64,000 bases of DNA. Source: an uncultured bacterium. GTDB taxonomy: Bacteria > Omnitrophota > Omnitrophia > Omnitrophales > Aquincolibacteriaceae. The notes under the pieces are model-generated. The model did no database searches, was not told where the DNA came from, and saw only the letters and a list, made by a program, of their open reading frames with translations. This document shows positions 1-8,590 of this stretch, piece after piece. Within the stretch, counting starts at the first letter, position 1, and every line of letters starts with the position of its first letter. The stretch covers positions 371 through 64,370 of the forward strand of contig CAYJSI010000005.1 in assembly GCA_964373045.1 (NCBI GenBank), given 5' to 3'. A program made the translations under genes and the position numbers.

Positions 1-330
1 CAAATTGCGATGTCAAGGAAGGGGCGCGGGGGAAGACGCACCAGGCCTTACGCATTTACGGAACACGGCGCGCTCATGGCGGCAAATATTCTGAACAGTG
101 CCCACGCGGTGCAGATGAGCGTATTTATTGTCAGGGCATTTATCCGAATGCGGGCCCTTTTAACCGATCATCGTAAACTGGCGGGGCAGTTGAAAAAATT
201 AGAAAACAAACTTACGAAAAGACTTGACGCCCATGAGATTGCAATCGTGAAGGTATTGCATCGAGTCATGCGACTACTGGAACCCGCGCCAGAGCCGCTT
301 CCTTCCCCTAAACCAAAGATTGGTTTTTAG
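1..330 (+). CDS. ORF6N-domain protein, C-terminal fragment (5' end lies outside window)
   Basis: Reading frame is open back to position 1. The segment RPYAFTEHGALMAANILNSAHAVQMSVFIVRAFIRMR matches the conserved C-terminal core of ORF6N/KilA-N-related proteins typical of phage/mobile contexts. From memory of the family, no search run. Confidence 0.5.
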   Translation, partial: QIAMSRKGRGGRRTRPYAFTEHGALMAANILNSAHAVQMSVFIVRAFIRMRALLTDHRKLAGQLKKLENKLTKRLDAHEIAIVKVLHRVMRLLEPAPEPLPSPKPKIGF

Positions 331-564
331 TAGAACTGTATGCGGTATCACAGACGACCCGCCAAAAGTCGCGGCGGGCAAGCAGGTTGAAAAGAAAATA
401 ACCCATGGGTAGAAAGGTGCCGAGTATCCCACGGGACTTCCTTAAATTATCGGTCAAACGTTGGGACAGTAGTGAAGCATATTATATATTCAATATATAA
501 ATTATATGGATGGCAAAAATAGAATATTTAAATATGGACAAAAGTATGGTTATCAGGTATCTTT

Positions 565-856
565 ATGACTGAAGACCGGCCGAATGACTTTGTTTGGGAT
601 GCCAAAAAAGAACGGTTGAATATTTTGAAGCACGGCGTCAGCTTCCGATGAGCCATGCTGGCTTTTTTGGATCCTAAGCGGCAGATCATCATTGACGAGG
701 TCCATAGCATCAACGAGCCAAGGTTCTTTTGCTATGAGGAAGTGGACGAAAGGATTTTGACGGTACCGTTTCACTTACCGCGGCGGCATGATACGCATTT
801 TAGGCGCCGGTTATTGGCGAAAAGGAGAAAGGTTCTATGAAGATAAAAAGGAATAA
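565..856 (+). pseudogene. brnT: brnT-like RNase toxin (DUF497) disrupted by in-frame TGA and a +1 frameshift
   Basis: ATG at 565 gives MTEDRPNDFVWDAKKERLNILKHGVSFR then TGA (649-651), matching the BrnT N-terminal motif F-x-WD...KHGVSFEEA. The same frame continues AMLAFLDPKRQIIIDEVHSINEPRFFCYEEVDERILTVPFH. From about 776 the family-like C-terminus RGGMIRILGAGYWRKGERFYEDKKE continues only in the next frame. Confidence 0.55.
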
Positions 857-1115
857 GCGAGGACCCGACGGTTACGAGAATGACGATCCAACAGATCCGG
901 ATTTTCCCATCGGGAAGATGACCCGGGTTCCCGATTTTCTGCCTCCACCGGATCAACTCGTACTTCCCGGCGGTGAAACGGAAAAAGTGACCATTGTCCT
1001 TAAGAAATCGAGTGTCGATTTTTTCAGGAAAAAGGCCAAGCAGCATCGCACGAAATATCAGCGCATGATCCGGGAAGTGCTCGACCGTTATGTCTCCCGC
1101 TACGAAGCAGCCTGA
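837..1115 (+). CDS. brnA: BrnA/CopG-family antitoxin (ribbon-helix-helix)
   Basis: 92 aa. The C-terminal segment VTIVLKKSSVDFFRKKAKQHRTKYQRMIREVLDRYV is the typical BrnA RHH region. It sits immediately downstream of and overlapping the brnT remnant. Confidence 0.6.
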   Translation: MKIKRNKRGPDGYENDDPTDPDFPIGKMTRVPDFLPPPDQLVLPGGETEKVTIVLKKSSVDFFRKKAKQHRTKYQRMIREVLDRYVSRYEAA

Positions 1116-1906
1116 TGCGCTCGGGCGGTGTTGAGCGTATGAGGCGCAATATTAAGCTCATCCTGGAATACGACGGCGCGGCGTTTTTTGGGTTTCAGAG
1201 GCAGCCGAAGCACCCCACGATTCAAGAGCATCTCGAGAAGGCGCTTTCGCAATTATTCAATCGCAAGATGAAAATTTCGGCTGCGGCCGGACGCACCGAC
1301 AGCGGTGTTCACGCCAAGCATCAGGTGGTGAATTTCTATGTAGGGGCGACTCGTCGAGTCGCCCCACCATTGGAACAAATTCAAAAAGGATTAAATGGAA
1401 TCCTTCCCAAGCAAATTGCGGTGAAAAGTGTGCAGGAAGTCTCTGCTAACTTTCATGCCCGTTACGGCGCCAAATCTAAAACGTATGAATACCTCGTTTG
1501 GAATCATCCTGTCCGCTCGCCACTTCTTTTGCATCGGGCCCATCACGTGTCTTTCCGGCTTGATTTAAAAAAGATGCGCCTGACGGCCCGGTTTTTGATG
1601 GGGCGCCGTGATTTCCGTTCGTTTTGCGCCGCGGATCCCGCTCGGAAAAACGGAAAGGCCGCCGATACGATGCGCACAATCCGGAAATTTGAAATCAAAA
1701 AAGAAGGGGATTTGCTCCGCTTTCGAGTCCAAGCCGACGGGTTTCTTTATCATATGGTACGCAATCTCGTGGGGACCCTGCTTGAAGTGGGAAGGGGGAA
1801 AATAGCGCCGGAGGAGGTCCAGAAGATCCTCCTTGCCAAGGATCGCAGGAAGGCCGGCCCGACCGCTCCCAGCACCGGCTTAACTCTCGTCAACGTGTCT
1901 TATTGA
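1115..1906 (+). CDS. truA: tRNA pseudouridine(38-40) synthase TruA
   Basis: KLILEYDGAAFFGFQRQP and the catalytic GRTDSGVHA motif, at TruA-like length. The true start is probably the internal Met at 1139 (MRRNIKL). Confidence 0.9.
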   Translation: MRSGGVERMRRNIKLILEYDGAAFFGFQRQPKHPTIQEHLEKALSQLFNRKMKISAAAGRTDSGVHAKHQVVNFYVGATRRVAPPLEQIQKGLNGILPKQIAVKSVQEVSANFHARYGAKSKTYEYLVWNHPVRSPLLLHRAHHVSFRLDLKKMRLTARFLMGRRDFRSFCAADPARKNGKAADTMRTIRKFEIKKEGDLLRFRVQADGFLYHMVRNLVGTLLEVGRGKIAPEEVQKILLAKDRRKAGPTAPSTGLTLVNVSY

Positions 1907-2015
1907 ACTCACTTTTCAATTTCCCCCTACCCTAACCCTCTCCCTCAGGGGGAGAGGAAAAAATTGCAAGGCGCAACCCCTTGATTGCTAAGGAGTTACC
2001 ATAATTTTAAAGATT

Positions 2016-2044
2016 TTGACACTGAGACAAGGTTTTGTTATACT
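2016..2044 (+). promoter_or_regulatory. sigma70-like promoter TTGACA-N17-TATACT upstream of rplM-rpsI
   Basis: TTGACA at 2016-2021, a 17-nt spacer, TATACT at 2039-2044, ending about 30 bp upstream of the rplM ATG at 2075. Confidence 0.45.
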
Positions 2045-2074
2045 TTCACCTCTTTTTTCCTAAGAGCTAAAATT

Positions 2075-2503
2075 ATGAAAACCTATCTCCCCAAAGAAAA
2101 AGATTTTAACCGGAAGACTTACCTCGTGAATGCCTCGGGCAAGACCCTCGGCCGAATGGCGACCCGCATTGCCACGGTTTTGATCGGAAAAGGCAAGCCT
2201 GTTTTTGCCTACGACCAGCTTTGCGGCGATCAAGTTGTCGTCGTAAACGCTAAGGAGGTTTTTGTCACGGGGAAAAAGGCCTCGCAGAAAATTTATAAGC
2301 ACTACACGGGCTACCCCGGCGGGCACAGGACTTATACCTTCGATGAATTAATGGTAAAGAGGCCGGAAGAAATTATTAAACGGGCCGTCTCCCGAATGCT
2401 TCCCAAGAATAAACTGGGCCGGGAAATGTTAAGAAGACTTCGAGTCTACGCCGGCCCCCTTCACACACAGGCAGCGCAAAAACCCGTTGCCTTAGAGGTT
2501 TAA
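2075..2503 (+). CDS. rplM: 50S ribosomal protein L13
   Basis: MKTYLPKEKDFNRKTYLVNASGKTLGRMATRIA is the canonical L13 N-terminus. The upstream ATG of the ORF-track entry (1985) is not supported by homology. Confidence 0.95.
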   Translation: MKTYLPKEKDFNRKTYLVNASGKTLGRMATRIATVLIGKGKPVFAYDQLCGDQVVVVNAKEVFVTGKKASQKIYKHYTGYPGGHRTYTFDELMVKRPEEIIKRAVSRMLPKNKLGREMLRRLRVYAGPLHTQAAQKPVALEV

Positions 2504-2507
2504 TTTT

Positions 2508-2900
2508 ATGAGCCAAGCCGCTCTCTACGCCACCGGAAGAAGAAAGCAAGCGATTGCCAGGGTCTGGCTTTTTTCCGGCCAAAAAGGAATCTCGGTGAAC
2601 GGACGAGATCTTTCCGAATACGTGAGGCGTTCCAATCTTCAAACCCTTGTCGAGCAGCCGCTGCGCGCCGTTCAACTTCTTGACCAATTCCGAGTTCGCG
2701 CCAGAGTCTTGGGCGGCGGAGTCGCCGGACAGGCGGGCGCGATCCAACTCGGTATCTCCCGGGCGCTTCTCAAGCACGACGAAAAACTGCGCCATGCCCT
2801 CCGCCAAGGGGGATTTCTCACCCGCGACCCGCGCGAGAAAGAACGCAAGAAGCCCGGTCGCAAGGGAGCGCGTAGAAGCTTTCAATACACCAAGCGCTGA
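2508..2900 (+). CDS. rpsI: 30S ribosomal protein S9
   Basis: YATGRRKQAIARVWL ... C-terminal GARRSFQYTKR is canonical S9. Confidence 0.95.
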   Translation: MSQAALYATGRRKQAIARVWLFSGQKGISVNGRDLSEYVRRSNLQTLVEQPLRAVQLLDQFRVRARVLGGGVAGQAGAIQLGISRALLKHDEKLRHALRQGGFLTRDPREKERKKPGRKGARRSFQYTKR

Positions 2901-3025
2901 TGAGGAATCTCCTCTTCCTGGTCCTCTGGATCGTTCTTGGTTTGAGCCTCTCGGCCTGTCAGGGTTTTCTCGAAGATTACGACTACAGTCCCGTCGGCCC
3001 TGTATCCTCAACCCCCTCTTACTAA
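2900..3025 (+). CDS. small lipoprotein (41 aa) candidate, translationally coupled to rpsI
   Basis: ATG overlaps the rpsI stop (tgATGa). Translation is MRNLLFLVLWIVLGLSLSACQGFLEDYDYSPVGPVSSTPSY. This has n-region MRN, a hydrophobic core, lipobox LSAC and an acidic 21-aa mature peptide. Not in the ORF track because it is under 60 aa. It ends 14 bp before the AsmA-like gene. Confidence 0.45.
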   Translation: MRNLLFLVLWIVLGLSLSACQGFLEDYDYSPVGPVSSTPSY

Positions 3026-3038
3026 CCTTCTCGGGGTT

Positions 3039-5543
3039 ATGTCACAATTCAAGAGCGTTCTCAAGACTCTCCTCATCGTCTTTGCCGCATCCGCCTTGGT
3101 CTTCTCGGCCTTGATCCCATTCCTGATCAAGTCCGAACTCCTGGAAAAGGCACTCATCCGGCGGACAGAAGAAGTGGCCCACGGTGCATTTATTTTTGAT
3201 CACTTGACCCCTTCTTTCTGGCCGCGCCTTCAGATTACAGTTCATGACGCGATGCTCTTATCGGCGGCGGAAAAGGGATTTCAATTTAAGGCGAAGGAGA
3301 TTAAGATTCATTTGAATCTTCTGGCGGCCCTTATGAAACGGCTCGACATTGAAAGCCTGGAAATTAAGGAAGGGGAATTTGAAATTCCGCTTTCGGATTC
3401 CTTTCTTCTTGAAAAGCTGGTGATTCGGCCCGTGGCCCTGAAAGTCCGCTCTGTCCGCCACGGAGAACCGATGCAGGTGAGCGTCTCGGGAGGGCTGGAA
3501 GGGACTGCGAGGACCCTTGAAGGGAAATTCTTGCTCACCCTTGAACATTTCGAAAAATGGGACTGGGATCAGGCGGCCTTGCAGGGCCGTTTGACCCTGC
3601 GGCCCTTTGAACTTAACGGGCTTAAGAAAAGGATGAAATCGCGGGATTCCGCCATTCAAGAGGGATCTCTTTCGAGCACGCTCGAGGTTAGCAAGGCGAA
3701 AGGGGAGGCGGATCTCGCCGTGGAAGGACGCTTCGATTTAGCGGGTCTGGTCTATGAAATGCGGGATGAAGGGAACGCGGCCAAGTCTCCCTCCCTCGAT
3801 ACAGGCTTTGCTTTCAAAGCAAAATTCAATCTCGAGAAGGAGAGTTTTGTCTTAGACGAAAGCGTGTGGATCACCCCCGTGGGCCGGGCGGAAATAAAGG
3901 CCAACGGTTCTTTTGGCGCCTGGGAAATTCAGGACATGCGCCTTACGGCCACCAACCTTTTGCTTGAAGCGATTCCGCAATACGCGCTTTCGCTTAAGAG
4001 TTTTATTCCGTCCAACGTGGGTTTTTCGGGCGTAAGCGATTTGGAATTGTTTGTCAAAGGGACGCCGGATCATTTATCGCTTCACGGCAACTGGGATCTG
4101 ACTCCCACCCTCTTGACTTACGGCCGCTTTTTTTCAAAGCCGAAGGATGTGCCGATTCAATTGATCTTTGACTATCTGGTGAAGGATCAGAAGATTTTAT
4201 CCGGCGACTTTTCGACGCGGTTTCAGGATCTTTCGGTGAAGGGGAGTTTTTCAAATTGGGATTTTGTGAAAGACGAAGGGCAGGTCAATCTGATCACGAA
4301 TAAATTTTCGCTGGAAGGATGGGAGGCCTTTTTGCCCCTCATTCAGCCTTGTCGGCTTCACGGCGAGATGAAAATTCTTGCCAACTTTAAGGGGAGTCCG
4401 GCCGAGGCCCGCAAGGCCGAGACCATGCTCAACATTACGCTCGAAGACGCTGAGATGGTGAATGACAAAGGGAAGGGGATTCGGCGTGTCCATCTGGCCT
4501 TCGATTATGGGCCGGTGATGCTTCAGGCCAAACAAGTGGAGCTGACCCTTGACGATGCGGCCCTGACCGGTGAGTTTTCAATTCGCCAGATCTTAAGTCA
4601 CCCGGAGGCGAAATGGGCCTGGAAGTCTCCCAGTCTTGAACCGGCGGCATTTTTGGAGGCCCTTCAGCAGCATGCGGGGCGGTGGTTTTCAAAGGAAACC
4701 AACGAAACCTTAGGAAGGTCCAAGATGCTTTTTCGGAAAATCTTTCCCGTGGCGGAGCCTTTTGAAAATATTTCGGCGGAGGGAGAATGGAAAGCGGGGC
4801 GCCTCCATATTCAGAATCTTGATTTTGAGGCCTACAGCGGAGCCGTTCATGCCGAGGCCAGTTTGAATTCAAGCGAAGGGATTCCGGCGTACTGGGTTGA
4901 AGGGGAGGCGACGCGCTTGAGCCTCGCCCGCTTTTTTCCTAAGGGAGAGGATGGGAAAAGTTGGGTGGAGGGAAATCTGTTTTTGAAGGGACATCTCGAA
5001 GGGGCGGGTTTTGAGTGGAGCGGGGGTGGAAGCAGCCTTTCGGGCCGCGGAACGATTTCGATGACCAACGGTGAATTCCCGGGCTTTGACCTCCTTGCCT
5101 CGGTGGGGGGGATCGAAGGATTTTCGGGGTTGAATGCCTTTCTCACCCAAAAGACCTCTTTCGATGACCTGAGATTCGATTACGAAATCGCCAAAGACAA
5201 GATTATGGCCACGCAGTTAAATGTGAGCTCCGCCGATCTTACGGCGCAGGGAAACGGGGATATTTCGTGGGACGGGCATTTGAATCATCGCCTCGATGTC
5301 TTTTTATCTCCGGCGCTGACGGATAAAGTGATGGCCCCTCTTTTGGGGCGCAAAAGCGTGGAAGGAAATCAGCAGTTCGGGCCGGTGCCGCTTCTTTTAT
5401 CGGGGCCCATCGCGAAGCCCGAAATCAAGCCGGACCCCAATCACTTACCCCGGCTTCTGGATGATTTACGAAACAAGCAGACTCAGCGGGTCTTGCGTAA
5501 TTTTTTGCCGGAAGAAGCCCTTTTTAAACGGCGCGGCCCCTGA
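3039..5543 (+). CDS. AsmA-family outer-membrane assembly protein (large periplasmic beta-rich protein with N-terminal TM anchor)
   Basis: 834 aa. N-terminal TM helix LLIVFAASALVFSALIPFLI, then long beta-rich repeats and a C-terminal segment typical of AsmA/TamB-like proteins. Family call from memory. Confidence 0.55.
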   Translation: MSQFKSVLKTLLIVFAASALVFSALIPFLIKSELLEKALIRRTEEVAHGAFIFDHLTPSFWPRLQITVHDAMLLSAAEKGFQFKAKEIKIHLNLLAALMKRLDIESLEIKEGEFEIPLSDSFLLEKLVIRPVALKVRSVRHGEPMQVSVSGGLEGTARTLEGKFLLTLEHFEKWDWDQAALQGRLTLRPFELNGLKKRMKSRDSAIQEGSLSSTLEVSKAKGEADLAVEGRFDLAGLVYEMRDEGNAAKSPSLDTGFAFKAKFNLEKESFVLDESVWITPVGRAEIKANGSFGAWEIQDMRLTATNLLLEAIPQYALSLKSFIPSNVGFSGVSDLELFVKGTPDHLSLHGNWDLTPTLLTYGRFFSKPKDVPIQLIFDYLVKDQKILSGDFSTRFQDLSVKGSFSNWDFVKDEGQVNLITNKFSLEGWEAFLPLIQPCRLHGEMKILANFKGSPAEARKAETMLNITLEDAEMVNDKGKGIRRVHLAFDYGPVMLQAKQVELTLDDAALTGEFSIRQILSHPEAKWAWKSPSLEPAAFLEALQQHAGRWFSKETNETLGRSKMLFRKIFPVAEPFENISAEGEWKAGRLHIQNLDFEAYSGAVHAEASLNSSEGIPAYWVEGEATRLSLARFFPKGEDGKSWVEGNLFLKGHLEGAGFEWSGGGSSLSGRGTISMTNGEFPGFDLLASVGGIEGFSGLNAFLTQKTSFDDLRFDYEIAKDKIMATQLNVSSADLTAQGNGDISWDGHLNHRLDVFLSPALTDKVMAPLLGRKSVEGNQQFGPVPLLLSGPIAKPEIKPDPNHLPRLLDDLRNKQTQRVLRNFLPEEALFKRRGP

Positions 5544-6229
5544 CGCAGTTTGCGCAGAAGCAATCGCGCTGCCTTTTCTTCGGATTCGTGGCGGGATCGG
5601 GCGACGGCCACAGCCTTACGCGTGGCGCTCACAGAAACAGTGGTCCGGATCCCTCCCGGCGCCGACTCGCTCCTGTATTCGGGGAGTTTTTGCCACTGCT
5701 TTTGCGTGATTTCCTGCAGGGCACTTTTGGGATTGGGATCGAGATGGAAGAGCCGCCGCGAATCAAAATACGAGCTGAAATGGCGGAGGATAAAGACCTC
5801 CGTCCGAGCCAGCCCTTGATCGAAATAAAGGGAAGCGATCAAGGCCTCAAAGGCGTCGGCAAGGAGTTTAAACTTCATCCACTCTTTTTCCTTGCGCAAG
5901 CTCCTGCCGATGCGGAGCACCTTGGTAAGCTGAAGGGTTCGGGCGATGCGGCATAATATTCTTTTGGAAACAAGGATGGAGCGCAGGCGGCTTAACATGC
6001 CTTCATTAGCGTTGGGAAATACCTTAAAGAGTTTGCGGCAGATAATGTAGTTCAAGATGGCGTCGCCGAAAAATTCCAGACGATCGAAATCGACGAGTTT
6101 GGGACACGGACTTTCATTGCGATAGGAAGGGTGACTCAAGGCGGCTTCGAGAAGCAGCGGGTTACGGAATCGAATCTTGAGGATTTTAGAAGCGGCGGCG
6201 CAAATCGATGACGAACGAACGCGTTTCAT
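5483..6229 (-). CDS. rnc: ribonuclease III
   Basis: RNase III signature motif EFFGDAILN, plus a dsRBD-like C-terminus with a basic tail. Its 3' end overlaps the convergent AsmA-like gene by about 60 bp. Confidence 0.85.
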   Translation of the reverse strand: MKRVRSSSICAAASKILKIRFRNPLLLEAALSHPSYRNESPCPKLVDFDRLEFFGDAILNYIICRKLFKVFPNANEGMLSRLRSILVSKRILCRIARTLQLTKVLRIGRSLRKEKEWMKFKLLADAFEALIASLYFDQGLARTEVFILRHFSSYFDSRRLFHLDPNPKSALQEITQKQWQKLPEYRSESAPGGIRTTVSVSATRKAVAVARSRHESEEKAARLLLRKLRQGPRRLKRASSGKKLRKTR

Positions 6230-6276
6230 GAGGCAACACGATAAGTTTTCCGACGGCGAAAGTCAATCGCATAAAA

Positions 6277-6307
6277 TTGACAATAAATGAAGACGTTATC
6301 TTATAAT
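6277..6307 (+). promoter_or_regulatory. possible sigma70-like promoter TTGACA-N19-TATAAT for the arg operon
   Basis: TTGACA 6277-6282 and TATAAT 6302-6307, 40 bp upstream of argC. The 19-nt spacer is longer than optimal. Confidence 0.3.
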
Positions 6308-6346
6308 ACCCATTTTTAATATTGAAGGGAGCGGTGATTTTTTAAG

Positions 6347-7375
6347 ATGCTTAATTGTGCAGTGATCGGCGCTACCGGCTATACGGGTTCTGAGCTTGTG
6401 AAAATTCTTGTGCGGCATCCTCATGTCCGCATCACTGCCCTCACCACACGGCAAAAGGAAACGATCCCCATTCATCGCCTGGCCCCCTCGCTTCCCAAGG
6501 ATGTGTCTCTGGAAGTTCGTCCTTTTTCTTTCTCAGAGATCAAGCGCCGAGCGGACCTCGTCTTTCTTTGCCTGCCGCACACCGAGGCCATACAGGCCGC
6601 GGCCGAGTTTCGGGAGGCGGAAAAAATCGTGATCGATCTATCCGCGGACTTCAGGATTCGGGATTGGAAACTTTATGAAACCTGGTACGGGGTGAAGCAC
6701 ACGAACCGCACGCTTTTAAAGCACGCCGTTTACGGGCTGCCGGAATTTTACCGGGAAGATATTCAAAAGGCGGATTTGATCGCCAACCCGGGCTGTTATC
6801 CCACAGGTTCGATTTTGGGCATCGCCCCCTTGCTTAAGGAAAAGCTGATCGATCTTGATTCGATTGTGATCGATGCCAAATCTGGGGTGAGCGGAGCGGG
6901 AAAGAAACTGAATCCCGCAACCCAATTTTGTGAAGTTGATGAAAATTTTTATGCCTATAAGGTTAATCAGCATCAGCATACGCCGGAAATCGAGCAGACC
7001 CTCACGGATGCGGCTCATGAGAAGGTGCGCGTTACTTTTGTCCCGCACCTTTTGCCGATTCAAAGGGGAATCTTGACAAGCATTTATCTTAAACGGAAAA
7101 AAGGTGTCAGGCCGCAGGCCATTTCGGATACCTACAAAACGGCTTACGAAAAGGAACCTTTTGTCCGTATGAAGAGCGAAGGAATATTCCCGGCCCTTAA
7201 GGATGTGCAGGGAACGAATTACTGCGATATCGGATTTCGGCTGTATCCTGAAAGTGATCGGTTGATTGTGATCACGGCGATTGATAATCTTTTGAAAGGC
7301 GCTTCGGGACAGGCCGTCCAAAACATGAACATTCGCTGCGGATTTTCAGAGGAGGAAGGTCTTCGGGTATGGTAA
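6347..7375 (+). CDS. argC: N-acetyl-gamma-glutamyl-phosphate reductase
   Basis: N-terminal GATGYTG NAD(P)-binding motif; active-site cysteine in the GCYPT segment; ArgC-like length. Confidence 0.95.
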   Translation: MLNCAVIGATGYTGSELVKILVRHPHVRITALTTRQKETIPIHRLAPSLPKDVSLEVRPFSFSEIKRRADLVFLCLPHTEAIQAAAEFREAEKIVIDLSADFRIRDWKLYETWYGVKHTNRTLLKHAVYGLPEFYREDIQKADLIANPGCYPTGSILGIAPLLKEKLIDLDSIVIDAKSGVSGAGKKLNPATQFCEVDENFYAYKVNQHQHTPEIEQTLTDAAHEKVRVTFVPHLLPIQRGILTSIYLKRKKGVRPQAISDTYKTAYEKEPFVRMKSEGIFPALKDVQGTNYCDIGFRLYPESDRLIVITAIDNLLKGASGQAVQNMNIRCGFSEEEGLRVW

Positions 7376-8589
7376 AGCTATCGTGGGAAAAAAGAAGGCG
7401 CGGAGGCATCACCACCCCCATCGGGTTTTACGCAAGCGGTCTTCACGCGGGAATTAAGAAGAAGAAAAAAAGGTATGATTCTTCTTTGATTGTTTCACGC
7501 ACGCCCTGCGTGGCGGCCGGGACCTTCACCAAAAATCGGGTGAAGGCCTGGTCTGTTCTTCATTCCATGAAGGCCATTCAAGGGCCCAAGCACCGGGCCA
7601 TTCTCGCTTCGAGCGGGAACGCCAATTGCGTGAATGGACCGAACGGAAAGCACGCGGTCGAAGAGTGTGTGGCCGAGGCGGCCCGCCACCTTAATATCAC
7701 GAAAGAAGAAATCCTGATCGCGCAAACGGGTTTGATTGGCGTCCCCTTTCCCGTGACGCGTTTCAAGAAAGCGATTCCAAAACTGGTTCACCGTTTGTCA
7801 GAAGACGGAGGACGCGCGGCCGCGAAGGGGATTATGACGACCGACCTTGCGGTGAAAGAAGTGGCGCTCTCTTTTATGCTGGGGGGAAAAAAAGTGACGA
7901 TCGGCGCGATGGCCAAGGGAGCGGGGATGGTGCATCCCAATATGGCCACCATGCTTTGCTTTATCACCACCGATGTGGCGATTACCAAACCGCTTTTGAG
8001 GCGCGCCATCCGGCACGCGGTGGATGATACTTTTAATCAAATGGCGATCGACAACGACATGAGCACCAACGATATGGCGCTCGTACTCGCGAATGGAGAA
8101 TCAAGGACGCCTTTGATTCAAAAGGTGGACCGGGACTACAGGACCTTTCGGGAAGTCTTAGAAGAAGTCTGCCGCATCATTGTCTACAAGATGGTCCACG
8201 ACGGGGAGGGTGTCACGCATGTCTGCACGCTTCGGGTTTCGGGTGCCAAAAATCCTACAGAGGCTGAAATCGCGGCGAGGCAGATCGCGAACTCCATGCT
8301 TTTTAAAACCATGCTGGCCGGCGCGGACGCTAATTGGGGCCGCATCGTGGCCGCGATCGGAGCCAGCGGAGTGGATTTTAATTTGTCTCAGCTTAATATT
8401 TCCTTCGGAAAGGCGATGGCCGTGCATCACGGGAAATTGAGGGTGCTTAATTTGCCTAGGGCGCGCAGGGTCCTTCAGCGCAAGGAATACACAATTGATG
8501 TCAATATTGGTAAGGGAAGGGGGCGGGCGCAATTTGTCACTTCAGATCTGACGACCAAGTATGTCCAGATCAACGCGTCCTATTCCTAA
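7369..8589 (+). CDS. argJ: bifunctional ornithine acetyltransferase / N-acetylglutamate synthase ArgJ
   Basis: ATML-CFITTDV self-cleavage site motif characteristic of ArgJ. About 400 aa. Confidence 0.9.
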   Translation: MVKLSWEKRRRGGITTPIGFYASGLHAGIKKKKKRYDSSLIVSRTPCVAAGTFTKNRVKAWSVLHSMKAIQGPKHRAILASSGNANCVNGPNGKHAVEECVAEAARHLNITKEEILIAQTGLIGVPFPVTRFKKAIPKLVHRLSEDGGRAAAKGIMTTDLAVKEVALSFMLGGKKVTIGAMAKGAGMVHPNMATMLCFITTDVAITKPLLRRAIRHAVDDTFNQMAIDNDMSTNDMALVLANGESRTPLIQKVDRDYRTFREVLEEVCRIIVYKMVHDGEGVTHVCTLRVSGAKNPTEAEIAARQIANSMLFKTMLAGADANWGRIVAAIGASGVDFNLSQLNISFGKAMAVHHGKLRVLNLPRARRVLQRKEYTIDVNIGKGRGRAQFVTSDLTTKYVQINASYS

Positions 8590-8590
8590 G

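Noticed and set aside
330-565. 235-bp spacer with a CCCGCC...GGCGGG hairpin and an AT-rich tract, checked for tRNA, small RNA or att-site features.
   Set aside because: There is no tRNA-like T-arm/anticodon architecture and no direct repeats matching elsewhere in the window. It is probably just the 3' UTR of the ORF6N gene plus the brnTA promoter region.
649-651. In-frame TGA inside brnT, considered as stop-codon recoding (alternative genetic code).
   Set aside because: Conserved genes in the same window (truA, argH, rpsI) terminate with TGA exactly where family alignments end. The brnT remnant also carries a frameshift, so pseudogenisation is the simpler explanation.
1936-1965. Hairpin CCTCTCCC-TCAGG-GGGAGAGG after truA, considered as an intrinsic terminator.
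   Set aside because: It is followed by an A-run (AAAAAATT) rather than a T-run on the plus strand. On the minus strand the T-run precedes the stem. It does not meet canonical terminator geometry for either strand, so it is kept only as an unexplained hairpin.
2647-3114. 155-aa ORF spanning the rpsI 3' end and the rpsI-asmA spacer.
   Set aside because: It overlaps rpsI out of frame and has no domain. The small lipoprotein ORF in another frame (2900-3025) explains the spacer better.
5483-5543. 60-bp convergent overlap between the AsmA-like gene and the rnc 3' end, considered as a sign of mis-annotation or antisense regulation.
   Set aside because: The rnc C-terminal basic tail is poorly conserved. 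Its real stop may be effectively earlier in function, and a short convergent overlap is common. There is not enough evidence for a regulatory claim.
6230-6346. Searched the rnc-argC divergent spacer for an ARG-box (ArgR operator, TNTGAATWWWWATTCANW).
   Set aside because: There is no convincing match (TTGACAATAAATGAA is only a weak resemblance). Only a sigma70-like hexamer pair is reported, at low confidence.
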